From Chrysemys picta bellii (lineage: Eukaryota), in contig NC_088794.1 in the NCBI RefSeq assembly GCF_011386835.1, forward strand, positions 6,076,001 through 6,140,000: 64,000 nucleotides of DNA, given 5' to 3'. Position numbers and translations under genes: made by a program. Shown piece after piece: positions 10,955 to 21,741 of this stretch (positions are counted from its first letter, which is position 1; each line of letters opens with the position of its first letter). The notes beneath the pieces are model-generated. The model had not been told where the DNA came from. It did no database searches and was given only the letters and a program-made list of their open reading frames with translations.

Positions 10955-12330
10955 TGTGATACTTTCCAGGAGTATCAAGGGCTGTGAGGTGCCTCAGCAC
11001 CACCTACCCTTAGCATGAGGAAGTCTTGTCTGCACTGGCTCTAGACCTGAATTCACTGCCTTCCAGGCCTCGCTTTCTCTGTGCAGGTTACCCATAGGCA
11101 AACACTAACCTCCCAAATCTTCTGAGTGTCCCTCTGGTGTACTCAGCCCTTGTTCCACTGAACACGCAAAGAGCTCTCAGCCTCGCTACTCCCAAAGAAA
11201 TTGTACACAGCTGCTTGCAAGACACTCCTTAGGATCACCACACTACTTAACACACAGCACTTCAATTTATTCTTGTTTTCTATATATTTATTATCAAAGA
11301 ACAGAGATTCAAGTGATAGAAAGTAAGATAATTGGAACCAGTTACTTATAAAACAAAATCATAACATGCTTCCTAGAGCCTAAACTTAAGTAACAAGGCA
11401 CAACAATGTCAAAAGACAGGCCTTGGAGCTTGAATCCATAACTTTGCTAGACACTAAACATCATGGTTTTAATAAAGACTCTGGATTTATGGGTTATTAC
11501 ACTGATCTGTAATCCACTAATCCCGGTTTTGTACTTTTTGCAGAGGTGTTAACAAGCCACTTCACCTTGAATGGTCTCTTACAATATATGTTAACTCCTT
11601 ATGCTAAACAAGCTGTTCCACCTTGTGTTTAGCTGTGACACTCTAAGTTGCTTTCCTAGATCTGAAGAAGAACTCAAAAGCTTGTCTCTTTCACCAACAG
11701 AAGTTGGTCCAATAAAAGACGTTATCTCACCTGCCTTGTCTCTCAAGGTGTTCCCCCTATTACCCAGAAGATAGCTTAGCCCAGCATTTTCAACCAGTTT
11801 GGCTGAGATCCCTTCTCCTAAAACCAAGCCCGCTAGCAGCTTGTCCTCAAAGTTGAAGGAATAATTGGGGGTTAATCTGCATCCCAGAAGTGGTTTCAAA
11901 GATTCTTACCCTTACACAGGTTACCCCTGTTGTTGTTTTTTCCTGCAGCTTCCGTCATCTATTGATTAGCCTTTTGCTCAGACTGCAAATAGTGTCCATA
12001 CTGTAATTAATTTGCACATGCCCAGTTACAGTGAGATAAGCATCTCTTCCTCTCTGACTGTCAGGAATACGTGGATTACTTTTTGGTGACCTGTGTTAAC
12101 TCACAAACCTAGAGACCCTATTTTTTTTGGTATACAAACATAAGTCTTCACATATTTTACATACATACGTACAACTCGCAATGATTACGATGACCAGTGG
12201 GGCACAGGCTTTCATTAGAGAGCTTACATGATAAAATCTGGTGGACTAGTGTGTTGATATCAGACCCAGAGGTTTCCTTGTGTATCTATGTGCCCTCTGC
12301 TAGTTGGTATCAAGAGATTTTTAGGTCACA
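10955..12330 (-). mobile_element. Solo LTR interrupted by a Penelope-like insertion
   Basis: Terminal inverted 5-mers TGTGA...TCACA; degenerate 5-bp TSD tctcc/tttcc. Orientation inferred from tttatt motifs on the plus strand. Confidence 0.6.
11401..11744 (+). mobile_element. Penelope-like element 3' fragment (GIY-YIG endonuclease C-terminus + pLTR)
   Basis: 11402-11512 translates NNVKRQALELESITLLDTKHHGFNKDSGFMGYYTDL*, followed by a pLTR with a degenerate hammerhead core ctgaaga...aaagcttgtct (11658-11687). Confidence 0.75.
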
Positions 12331-13795
12331 TTTCCCTCTTGGCCAAGTCTAGTAACTTCAGAATAAGTCCTTTGGAAGCTGATTTCTGTGACCCTTACGC
12401 TCCCCGTATTGTGTTGCCAGGGCTAACGCTGTTGCTTTGCTGTGAATGATCCTTGTGGTCAATTCTGGTGCTTCCTCCTGGAAATCTCATAGGAATTATT
12501 AATCTCTACCCAATGAAGGGCCATTGCAGACCCAGTAAAGCTCAGAAGATGAACTGGGATTTATACACTACCCATTGGGATCCCATGAGGAGGCCTCTTA
12601 CAAGGGGGCGAGAGGAGAAAGGACTCAGAGTTCGGGAGGACAGTTAATACCGACAGCACATGAAATGAATCAAAAACATTTTGCTGTTATCTGCAGCACC
12701 ATCGCTCTCCCCAGACACAGCCCAGGCTCAGGGTACAGCCTAGCAACACAACAATTCACCTGCTGTGTGCTGCTGGTGGGTCCTTGCCCAGGGCTGCTCC
12801 TTAGATTCTGGATGTAGCAGCTTCAGCTGAAGGGGCCGTTTCCTACATAAGTAGCTCTCCGATCAGTTAGGAAGTTTTAGGTCAAAATTATACCTTCGAA
12901 CTGATTTTCCAGTGGATCATTAGATTTTTCTTGCTGCTCACAATAGGTTTTAACTCTCTTTTTCCCCCACTAGTGCTACACAGACAAAGCAAACCTACCT
13001 GCGCAAGGATTAATAATTTGTGATGACTCCAAGAGATTCCTCTCTAGAGGAAGGGAAGGGGGCTGATTTATATTCTCTTACAGGCCATTGGGACCTTAAA
13101 TTTCTCCAAGTTCGGATTGTCGGATAAACAAAGGAGATTCAGCTATCTTCATGTTGCTGGGGCCAAGTATATTCGTGGAGAAGTGATTTGTATAACACTG
13201 TGCGAGGCCACCGTGGGGTATGTCAATAATTGGTCCCAGCGTGTCCATAGAGCACTGGGAATGGAATATGGAGATTTTTCAGTGCTAGGTGTTGGGCAGA
13301 TTGGATGACTCAAGAGATTGGGAATTATCTAAAGGTTCAGGGCTACACTGTGCTTTGATCACCCGCTCTGTGTAAGGGGCAGTGCTTAACTATTCCACCC
13401 CAGGAGGAGGTCAGGGATTGAATTGTGACTCGGGTGCCACAGCAGATCGCTACCCTCATCTATGCTGGTTCATTGAGACACTGAGCTCTGCAAACTTTCT
13501 ACCCACCCGTGTGTCAGCTGTGCAGCCTCCACTTTCCCCATAGTGTCCCCTACGTAGAGTTAAGTTTGTGGGGTCCTACTCCTCCTTATCTGTGAATGCC
13601 CCCATAGAGCCAGGCCAGGCTCTGGCTCTCAGAATGTATGTCTGTTTCATTTAAGCATCCAAAGCTTTTCCGTGAACCTCTGGAATCTATAACACTGGGC
13701 TGGCAATGAGCAAAACGTGGGTGGCAAACGCCCACTTTCTCATGAGAGTCCCAGCACCTCTACTCCTGGTCTCAGTTGGACACAGACAACACTAA

Positions 13796-14068
13796 GGCCA
13801 GGTCTACACTGGCAATTGAAAGACAAAACTTCTGTCGTTCGCAGGTACTTAGCAGGTACCCTCCCCTGAAAGACAAAAGTTTGCCGCGAGAAGTGCCTGT
13901 GTGAACCATCGCATTGTCGGCAGGAGTGCTCTCCTGTCAACAATGCAAACCCCACTCGTTGGGGGTAGAAGAATTTTGTTGGCAAAAGCGCCGACCAACA
14001 GCGTTCACACCACCCAACTTTTAGCAACCCGGCCATGTCACTAAAAGCCATGTAATGTAGACATAGCC
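13796..14068. mobile_element. Harbinger-type MITE
   Basis: TIRs ggccaggtctacact / atgtagacatagcc with TAA TSDs at 13793-13795 and 14069-14071. Confidence 0.8.
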
Positions 14069-14912
14069 TAAGGCATAAAAATATATGTGAGTGTTTCAGA
14101 ATCTTAAACCAATTCATGTCTGAATGTGGGACTTGAAGAGCTGGGGTGTATGGGGGGATAAATAGTTTGTTCTGGATGGCGGGGGGGTTGGAACAAGTTC
14201 ATTCATATTCATAGGGAATATATATTTAACATAGACATAGAGGAACCAAATATCGAAATGACTTTTATGTTAGATTAAGGAAAACAGAACAAGAAAGAAC
14301 AAATGTAAGTCCTCAGGCAAAAGCACAGTGTGTGCATGTCTGTATCCTCAGTCACGTGATGCATCACCTCTGCCTTACAAAATAGCCGCTGCCTCTGCAG
14401 ACAGCAGATTTCTTGATAACGGGATCGTCAGGCGAGGGAACGAGGGGGAGTTCATCTCTCACTCTTCGGCATCAGTGCCCAGGCTGCCTACCAGGGTCTC
14501 AGCCGGAGCCAGTTATCACTCTGTGGTTTCTTGGGTGGATGGGGTGGGGATATAAATACCTGAACATTAGGAATTTCTGGGATTATCAAAGAAGCTTGAA
14601 GGTATCTAAGTCTCATAGCTGAGCACAACTGAGACCAGCAACTCAACTTTCAAGAAAACATCTTCCCCGGGAAGAGTGTGTGTGTGGGTGGGGTGGGACG
14701 ACTTAACCTTTATAGATTCTGCATGGGGGCTTTGGTGAGGGCTAGCAGACCTAGTGGTCAGGCTGCTGCCAAACCATCTCTGAGTTTTGGGATGGGTTTT
14801 CTGGGCAGCCTGGAGGCCCAGCAGCCAAGTTACAGTTCATCACCTCCCCCCCCAACTGTAGATCCCTCTGAGGCCTCTGGGGTGGATGGAGGAGATGGAA
14901 AGGGGAGAGGGA
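13863..14912 (+). repeat. Direct segmental duplication, copy 1 (copy 2 at ~32517-33385)
   Basis: Collinear match of about 90% overall, with a 307-bp core (14291-14597 vs 32730-33036) differing at only 2 positions. Confidence 0.9.
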
Positions 14913-14936
14913 TCCAGGCTCTAGGTAGACTTTAAG

Positions 14937-15991
14937 TTGTCATGGGATAAGAGGGAAGATCCTTTCATGGATTGAGAATTGGTTAAAAGATAGGGAACAA
15001 AGGGTATGAATAAATGGTGAATTTTCAGAATGGAGAGGAGTAACGAGTGGCGTTCCCCAAGGGTCAGTCCTAGGACCAATCCTATTCAACTTATTCATAA
15101 ATGATCTGGAAAAAGGAGCAGTTTGCAGATGATACTAAACCGCTCAAGATAGTTAAGACCAAAGCAGACTGTGAAGAACTTCAAAAAGATCTCACAAAAC
15201 TAAGTGATTGGGCAACAAATTGGCATATGAAATTTAATGTGGATGAATGTAAAGTAATGCACATTGCAAAAAATAACCCCAACTATACACACAATATGAT
15301 GGGGGCTAATTTAGCTACAACTAATCAGGAAAGAGATCTTGGAGTCACTGTGGATAGTTCTCTGAAGACGTCCATGCAATGTGCAGCAGCAGTCAAAAAA
15401 GCAAACAGGATGTTAGGAATCTTTCAAAAAAGGATAGAGAATAAGACGGAGTATATTTTATTGCCCTTATACAAATCCATGGTACCCACATCTTGAATAC
15501 TGAGTACAGATGTGGTCTCCTCATCTCAAAAAAGATATACTGGCATTAGAAAAGGTTCAGAGAAGGGCAACTAAAATGATTAGGGGTTTGGAACGGGTCC
15601 CATGTGAGGAGAGATTAAAGAGGCTAGGACTTTTCAGCTTGGAAAAGAAGAGACTAAGGGGGGATATGATAGAGGTATATAAAATCATGAGTGGTGTGGA
15701 GAAAGTGAAAATAAGGAAACGTTATTTTCTTGTTCCAATAATATAAGAACTAGGGGCCACCAAATGAAATTAATGGGCAGCAAGTTTAAAACAAAAGGAA
15801 GTTCTTCTTCACACAGCACACAATCAACCTGCAGAACTCCTTGCCTGAGGAGGCTGTGAAGGCTAGGACTATAACAGGGTTTAAGAGAGAACTGGATAAA
15901 TGCATGGAGGTAAAGTCCATTAATGGCTATTAGCCAGGATGGGTAAGGGATGGTGTCCCTAGCTTCCCTTTGTCAGAGGGTGGACATGGAT
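14937..15991 (+). mobile_element. CR1 LINE fragment (RT C-terminal half to 3' UTR), truncated at both ends
   Basis: Encodes FADD (gtttgcagatgat) and downstream ORF2 pieces (ORFs 15101-15496, 15510-15746). Collinear with 23930-24983. Confidence 0.95.
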
Positions 15992-16311
15992 GCTTAGCTG
16001 GCAGACTGAGTGAGAAAATCCCTAGATGGGAGCTGAAATGGTTCAAAGAGAAAGCACTTCTGGAAAAGTCATTTTGTCAGGGTGAGATGTTCAGAAGTGC
16101 CTAAGAGAATAACCAGTACAAGTTCCGGGGAAAGTATTATCTGCATTTTACATAGTGAGGAAGTGAGGCATAGACGGTAGTGCTCAATTTTTTTTTTAAA
16201 AGAGCTTTAACGTTGAGTGCCCATATTTAAACACCTGGGCTGACATCATAAGTGCCTGAGTGACATTTTCAGCCATTTTCAATGTGGCTGTATCTCTCAA
16301 GAGTCTAAAAC

Positions 16312-16504
16312 CAGAGCCCTGCGTGGATACAAAATTTGTAACCGCATCCAATCTGCAATCCACAAAAAATGATCTGTGGATTTAAAGTGAATATCCACAG
16401 ATTTGCAGGGCTCTAGATACAAAGTTTGTGTCTGCATCTGGTCCCCGATCCACAGAAATGGTCCACAGTTATAAAACAGATATCTGTGGATTTGCAGGGC
16501 TCTA
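16312..16504. mobile_element. Short non-autonomous DNA transposon (hAT-like MITE), duplicated at 25516-25707
   Basis: Termini cagagccctgc / gcagggctcta, with an internal ~90-bp tandem duplication. No TSD seen. Confidence 0.45.
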
Positions 16505-16611
16505 ATTTAAGGAACCAGATATGAATCTATTTTCCAATATGTGTCACTTTTTGCACCTTCTGAGGTGAGTTACCCCATGAGCATCTGATCAGGATTTGGG
16601 GGATGGGAGGG

Positions 16612-16890
16612 GAGGAATGGGCCAGTTCTCTTTGAAACAAAGAAAAGGGGAAGAAAGAAAACACCCCGAAGTTGGAGCAATAACTGGACACAACCCATCT
16701 TTGTGTGGTTATCCCTAGGGGACGTGAAGTTTTAATGATCCCATCTGTGTCTGCCCTGAACTGCAGAACTCTGGGGCTCTCCAAGGATTCCATCCCCAAA
16801 TGGCACTGAAAAACATCTATAAACATGGCTTCCAAACACAATCCGCTTTGCAGTCAAGAGTAACAGACGTCTCCCTCCTGCAGGTAGGTT
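16612..16890 (+). promoter_or_regulatory. Candidate promoter and non-coding first exon of the OR at 20295
   Basis: O/E-like TCCCTAGGGGA (16712-16722), TTTTAATGA homeodomain site (TAATGA at 16733-16738), TATAAA (16818-16823), donor CAG|GTAGGT (GT at 16884). Conserved at 25813-26094 and 46432-46724. Confidence 0.55.
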
Positions 16891-17899
16891 TAATTGCTCT
16901 GGTTTTGATGAAAGTGGAATAAATATTCTCTTTTGGTTCTGGCAATTTGAACTAATTCTGATTCAGAGCCAAATCTCATGGAGATCAGATTTATTGACTC
17001 CAGAGGTCCTGACTTTTCTAAGAAGGCTGCATCCTCAGCTGGTGTCAGTTGCCTAACTCCACTAAAGCCAATTTTCCATTTACATGTGCTGACGATCTGG
17101 CTCGTTAGAGCAGCTCTGCTCTAGAAAAGGTTGAGACTCACTTTCCATTGGCTCTAAAATCCACAGCCTTACTCAGACTGTCTTGAAATCAGCTGATCCT
17201 CATGGAGGTCCAAGTTAGGGTTAATGGACTAAATTTGGAGTCATGTGTGCACGGGAACAGCCCCTTGAAAAGTCACGGGATATCAGAATTGTACAGTTCT
17301 CATCATGTTATTTTGTGAACGCCCTGGGCACACTAGGGCTCTGGTTCTCCCCAGACTGTTCTCACCTTCTCGGGGTTGATCCCAGCTAGTGTCTGGCACC
17401 CACTGCCCCTCTGAGGGAAGGAGCATTTCAAACATTATTCAAGGTAAACTTGCATGTGCAGGGGGAGGGCTGAAAGGGTTTCCAGGCAGCCTGGCCTCAG
17501 AACAACCAGATGGCTCAAGATGACTGGATCCCAGGGCCCACCTTGCTCAGTGATTTTTGAATCCTGGCTTTGGCAGATTTCTAAACATGTGTATTGTCTA
17601 CGTATGACAAGGAGGAAGGTGGAGAGGAGAGCTGAATTGCACGTGTGTGTGTGTGTGTGTGAGGTGGGAGGGAAACCTTGGAGCAGCCAGGTCTTTTGGG
17701 GGATGGTCACAGCAATGGATGTGGTGGAGGGTTGGGCATCAGAGCAGTGATAGAGGAATGTGTGTGGGGAGTGGTATCCACTGTCCAAACATTAGGGCTT
17801 TGAAAACCGAGTTCAATAACTAGAGCTCTGAAGAAGAACTGGCTTTTGAACAATGTAGGGTTTTCATTTTCCTGTGATCCCTTAATGTATAAGGGAAGC

Positions 17900-18046
17900 A
17901 CTGGAACGGGTTACCTCGGGAGGTGGTGGAATCTCCTTCCTTAGAGGTTTTTAAGGCCAGGCTTGAAGAAGCCGTGGCTGGAATGATTTAGTTGGGGATT
18001 GGTCCTGCTTTGAGCAGGGGGTTGGACCAGATATTCTTTGATTCCG
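17900..18046 (+). mobile_element. CR1 extreme 3' fragment, present only in duplication copy A
   Basis: cactggaacgggttacctcgggaggtggtggaatctcc...ggggttggac followed by a degenerate attct(a/t)tgatt tail. Confidence 0.8.
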
Positions 18047-18279
18047 ATTCATTCCCTCAAGAAACTGCTACTAAGCCAGGAGAGGGGTACCTGTGTGTGG
18101 ATTGCTAGGAGAGAGAGTCACATACATCCAGGTGGAAGGGAGGTGCCTATCTGCGAGGCAGGGGCAGTGCTTAGCAAATCAGTGGGTCCCATTGGCAAGC
18201 TTAGGGGACTCCTCACCTGGCATCAGGCGGGCTGTTGTGGAATGCATTTGAAGGTGCCGATCTGTCCCCATTCATTCTA

Positions 18280-18433
18280 CAGGGAGATTGTGGAAGCCCC
18301 TTCACTGGAGGTTTTCAAAAGGAGGCTAGAGAGCCAGATGGATGGTTTAGGTACAACAAATCCTGCCACTTGGTAGGTGGTGAGACTCGATGACCCTTGC
18401 GGTCCCTTCGACCGCTATGGTTCTGTGATTCTA
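18280..18433 (+). mobile_element. CR1 3' fragment (duplicated at ~28102-28260)
   Basis: agggagattgtggaagccccttcactggaggttttcaaaaggaggct...ggtcccttc...tatggttctgtgattcta. Confidence 0.75.
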
Positions 18434-19419
18434 CAGGGAGGTACCTAACTCGGCTTTCTGGACTGCAGTGCTGTGCTTGGTTTTGTTTAGGTACCTAAAA
18501 GGTAGATGTCATGATGCTCGGAGCTGCACTGCCTGAGTCCCTTAAACACAGCGGGCCAGATGATCATCCCCACAGACATGCCGAATAGAATCATATCCCA
18601 CCATTGCTCCCGTTGATGTGAATAGCACCACCGCCCGGCTGGGGTAAGTTTGCTGCCCAAGTGAGAAAAGGTATCGGATCGGGTGCTCGGAGTGAAGGAA
18701 CTTTTTTTGGTTTCTTCTTCAGAAAGGCCGGGCTGTAAACCTGGGCTTGTGATAAACATGGCCGTGCAGCTTTAATAGCTGAGTCACCGTGGTAATGTGA
18801 GGCGTGGGACCGGAGAAAGAGGGTCAGTTTTCTGGAGGGACCTACTTCATTGTGACGTCAGGAGCTCAGGAGTGCGAACAGGGGTCAGGCTCCTTGTGCA
18901 CAAATTCTAGAGGTTTTGCATAGAACGTTGGGTAGCCTCAAGCTGCTGAATAAAGGTCTCTTTCCTGCCACTCCCTGCTTGCCCACATCCCTTATTGCTA
19001 ATGAAACAACTAGCCTGGCTCCATAACAGAAAGTGCAAAAGCACCCATGCCTCAGAGACGTTCACACACCAAGTAGTACTTTGCCATGCAAAAAGTCTCA
19101 TTGCTCCTTGGTCGCAGTAACTGATGTGGGTGATTGGATCAGAATCTGACCCTGGAAACGACATTGTGCAGGTGGGTGCGTTGTCAGCAGCAAAGATTGA
19201 ACTTGTCCCTGTGGCTTCAAGAGCACGAGCCACCACTCCCTGAGCTAGAAAACCTAGCTTGAAGCCAGTGCTGGACTCTGAACGCTCTATGCAGTTCAGG
19301 GAGTAGAGGGAAACAGATCTTCATGGTGGGTTGGAGGCTTCTGGAATCCGGAGACTCCACTGCCTAGAGTTTATGCTTTGTTGAAAGCGACAGAGTTTGA
19401 GGTGTTTGTATACAGCCCT

Positions 19420-20223
19420 TGTCAGGGTTCCCTCCCCACTCTGAACTCTGGGGAAGAGATGTGGGGACCCGCATGAAAGGCCCCCTAAGCTTATTTCTAT
19501 TAGCTTTGGTTCAAAAACTTCCCCAAGGCACAAATTCTTCCTTGTCCTTGAACGTTATCCTTGCCACCACCAAGTGAGCTAGAAAAAGATTCAGGAAAAG
19601 GACCACTTAGAGTTCCTCTTTCCCCAAAATATCCCCCCAAGTGCCTTCACCACCTTTCCTGGGGAGGCTTGAGAATAATATACCAACCAAATAGATAAAC
19701 ATGTTGAGCACAGGCCAGACCCTTGGGTTTCTAAAAACCAATCAGATTCCTAAAATCAGAACTTTATTATAAAGAAAAAAGGTAAAAGAAGCACCTCTGT
19801 AAAATCAGGATTGAAGGTAATTTTACAGGGTAATAAGACTTAAAACACAGAGGATTCCCCTCTAGGCAAAACTTCAAAGTTACAAAAAAAAAGGAATAAA
19901 CCTCCTTCTTAGCATAGGGAAAATTCACAAGCTAAAACAGAAGATAAGGTAATGCATTTCCTTGCTATTGCTTACAGTTTTTGTAATCTTGGATGCTTAT
20001 TTCAGGTAGGGTTTTAGGAGATGGTTTTTCCAGCCCTGGTCGCTCTCTGTCCAAGAGAGAACAACAAAGAGACCACCAACAAAACTTCCCCCCTACCGAT
20101 TTGAAAGGATCTCTTTCCCTTATTGGCCCTTTGGGTCAGGTACCAACCAGGTTATTTGAGCTTATTAACCCCTTACAGGTAAAGGAGGGATTTTATGCTA
20201 CCCTTAGCTGTATGTTTCTGACA
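19420..20223 (-). mobile_element. Solo LTR, 804 bp, inserted in the OR 5' intron
   Basis: TGTCAG...CTGACA terminal inverted repeat and a perfect 5-bp TSD GCCCT (19415-19419 / 20224-20228). The empty site is visible in copy B (~29245-29249). AATAAA on the minus strand near 19765. Confidence 0.9.
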
Positions 20224-20294
20224 GCCCTCATTTGTCTCCTCTTTCAGTGTACTCCTCACTTTCTCACCCGCAGTGGAGAGTGCATCTAGGATAA

Positions 20295-21233
20295 ATGGCG
20301 GAGAGGAATTACACAGCAGTGACTGAGTTCGTCTTGTTGGGATTCACTCAAAACCCGAAGGTCCAGGTCATCCTCCTTGTGATGTTTCTGCTGATCTACA
20401 TGCTGATACTAGTGGGGAACCTCACCTTGGTCACCTTAATCAGAACTGACTCCCAGCTTCACACCCCCATGTACTTTTTCATCAGCAACCTGGCCCTCTT
20501 AGATGTTGGTTGCACCACCACTATCACTTCCAGCATACTGGTTACTTTAGTATCAGCAAGAAAAGTCATTTTGTTCACTGGATGTGCTCTGCAATTCTTC
20601 TTCCTATGCATCACATTGTCCTGTGAATGTTACCTCTTGGGTGCCATGGCATATGATCGCTTCATAGCCATCTGCAACCCATTGCTCTACACTGTCATCA
20701 TGTCCAAGGAGTTTTGCATGCTGTTGGTGCTGGGGTCGTACCTAGTGAGCTGCATGAATGCAATTGTTCAAACTATATTTATATTCCGTTTGTCCTTCTG
20801 CGACTCAAATGTCATCAACCATTTCTTCTGTGACGTGTCCCCCCTCCTGAAACTGTCCTGCTCTGACACCCGTATCACAGAGATTGTTCATTTCACCTGT
20901 GCCACTGTGGTGGTAACACCTACTATCTTGATCATCCTTATCTCCTACATATACATTGTGGTCGCTATCGTAAGGATCAATTCTGCCCTGGGCCAACGCA
21001 AAGCTTTCTCCACCTGCGCCTCCCACCTGACGGCTGTCACCATCTTCTATGGAACGGGCTCTTTCATGTATTTACGGCCCAGTTCAAAGTACCTCATGGA
21101 TCAGGACAAAATCATTTCTTTGTTTTATACCCTGGTGATCCCCATGTTGAACCCCCTGATCTATAGCCTGAGGAACATGGAGGTGAAAAAGGCCTTTACG
21201 AGGATGTTAGACCGGAAGATTTTTTCTCAGTGA
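20295..21233 (+). CDS. Olfactory receptor, class II, OR5-family-like, 312 aa, intact
   Basis: [40 protein letters not shown] and [12 protein letters not shown] motifs; sequon NYT; acceptors at 20247 and 20273. Confidence 0.97.
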   Translation: MAERNYTAVTEFVLLGFTQNPKVQVILLVMFLLIYMLILVGNLTLVTLIRTDSQLHTPMYFFISNLALLDVGCTTTITSSILVTLVSARKVILFTGCALQFFFLCITLSCECYLLGAMAYDRFIAICNPLLYTVIMSKEFCMLLVLGSYLVSCMNAIVQTIFIFRLSFCDSNVINHFFCDVSPLLKLSCSDTRITEIVHFTCATVVVTPTILIILISYIYIVVAIVRINSALGQRKAFSTCASHLTAVTIFYGTGSFMYLRPSSKYLMDQDKIISLFYTLVIPMLNPLIYSLRNMEVKKAFTRMLDRKIFSQ

Positions 21234-21495
21234 ATTTAAATGTTGGGAATGGGTTTTTAATGGTAAACGGGAGTGAAAGGGCGGAGTGAATTCTTTACAT
21301 CATTTTCTTGTTTTTTTGTGGCTAACCAACCCTGTGCATCTTGCACCAAAAAGAACTAGGGGGCAGGTTTTCCAAGGAGATCTGCACCAAACAACTATGA
21401 TTTAGCATCTCATGAAGTATCCAGCTTCTCAGAGCTGCACAACTCCCAGTTAGGAACCATTTTATGCCAAGGCTGCATTTCCATCCTCAAGTGTA

Positions 21496-21730
21496 GGGCA
21501 GGCTGGTCTCATGGTTCAGGCACTGGCTGAAGACATAGAAAACCTGGGTTCAATTTGTTGGTCCACAATGGGCTTCCTGTGTGACCTTGGGCAAGTCACT
21601 TAGCCTCTGTGTGCCTCAGTTCTCCATCCTTACAAAGGAGATAGTGGCACTGCCCAATCTCCTGGAGTGCTGAAAGGGGAGCAATGTTGAAGAAAAAAAG
21701 ACAGTCAAGTGCTTGGAGAGCTACTGATGT
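21496..21730 (+). mobile_element. CORE-SINE (MIR-like), duplicated at ~30516-30750
   Basis: gtgaccttgggcaagtcacttagcctctgtgtgcctcagttctccatc is the CORE domain. Confidence 0.8.
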
Positions 21731-21741
21731 AAGCAATAGGC

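Noticed and set aside
18907-19236. Minus-strand ORF conserved at 28734-29117 (and 18487-18759 / 28314-28586)
   Set aside because: The conservation is explained by the recent segmental duplication; start positions differ and no domain is evident.
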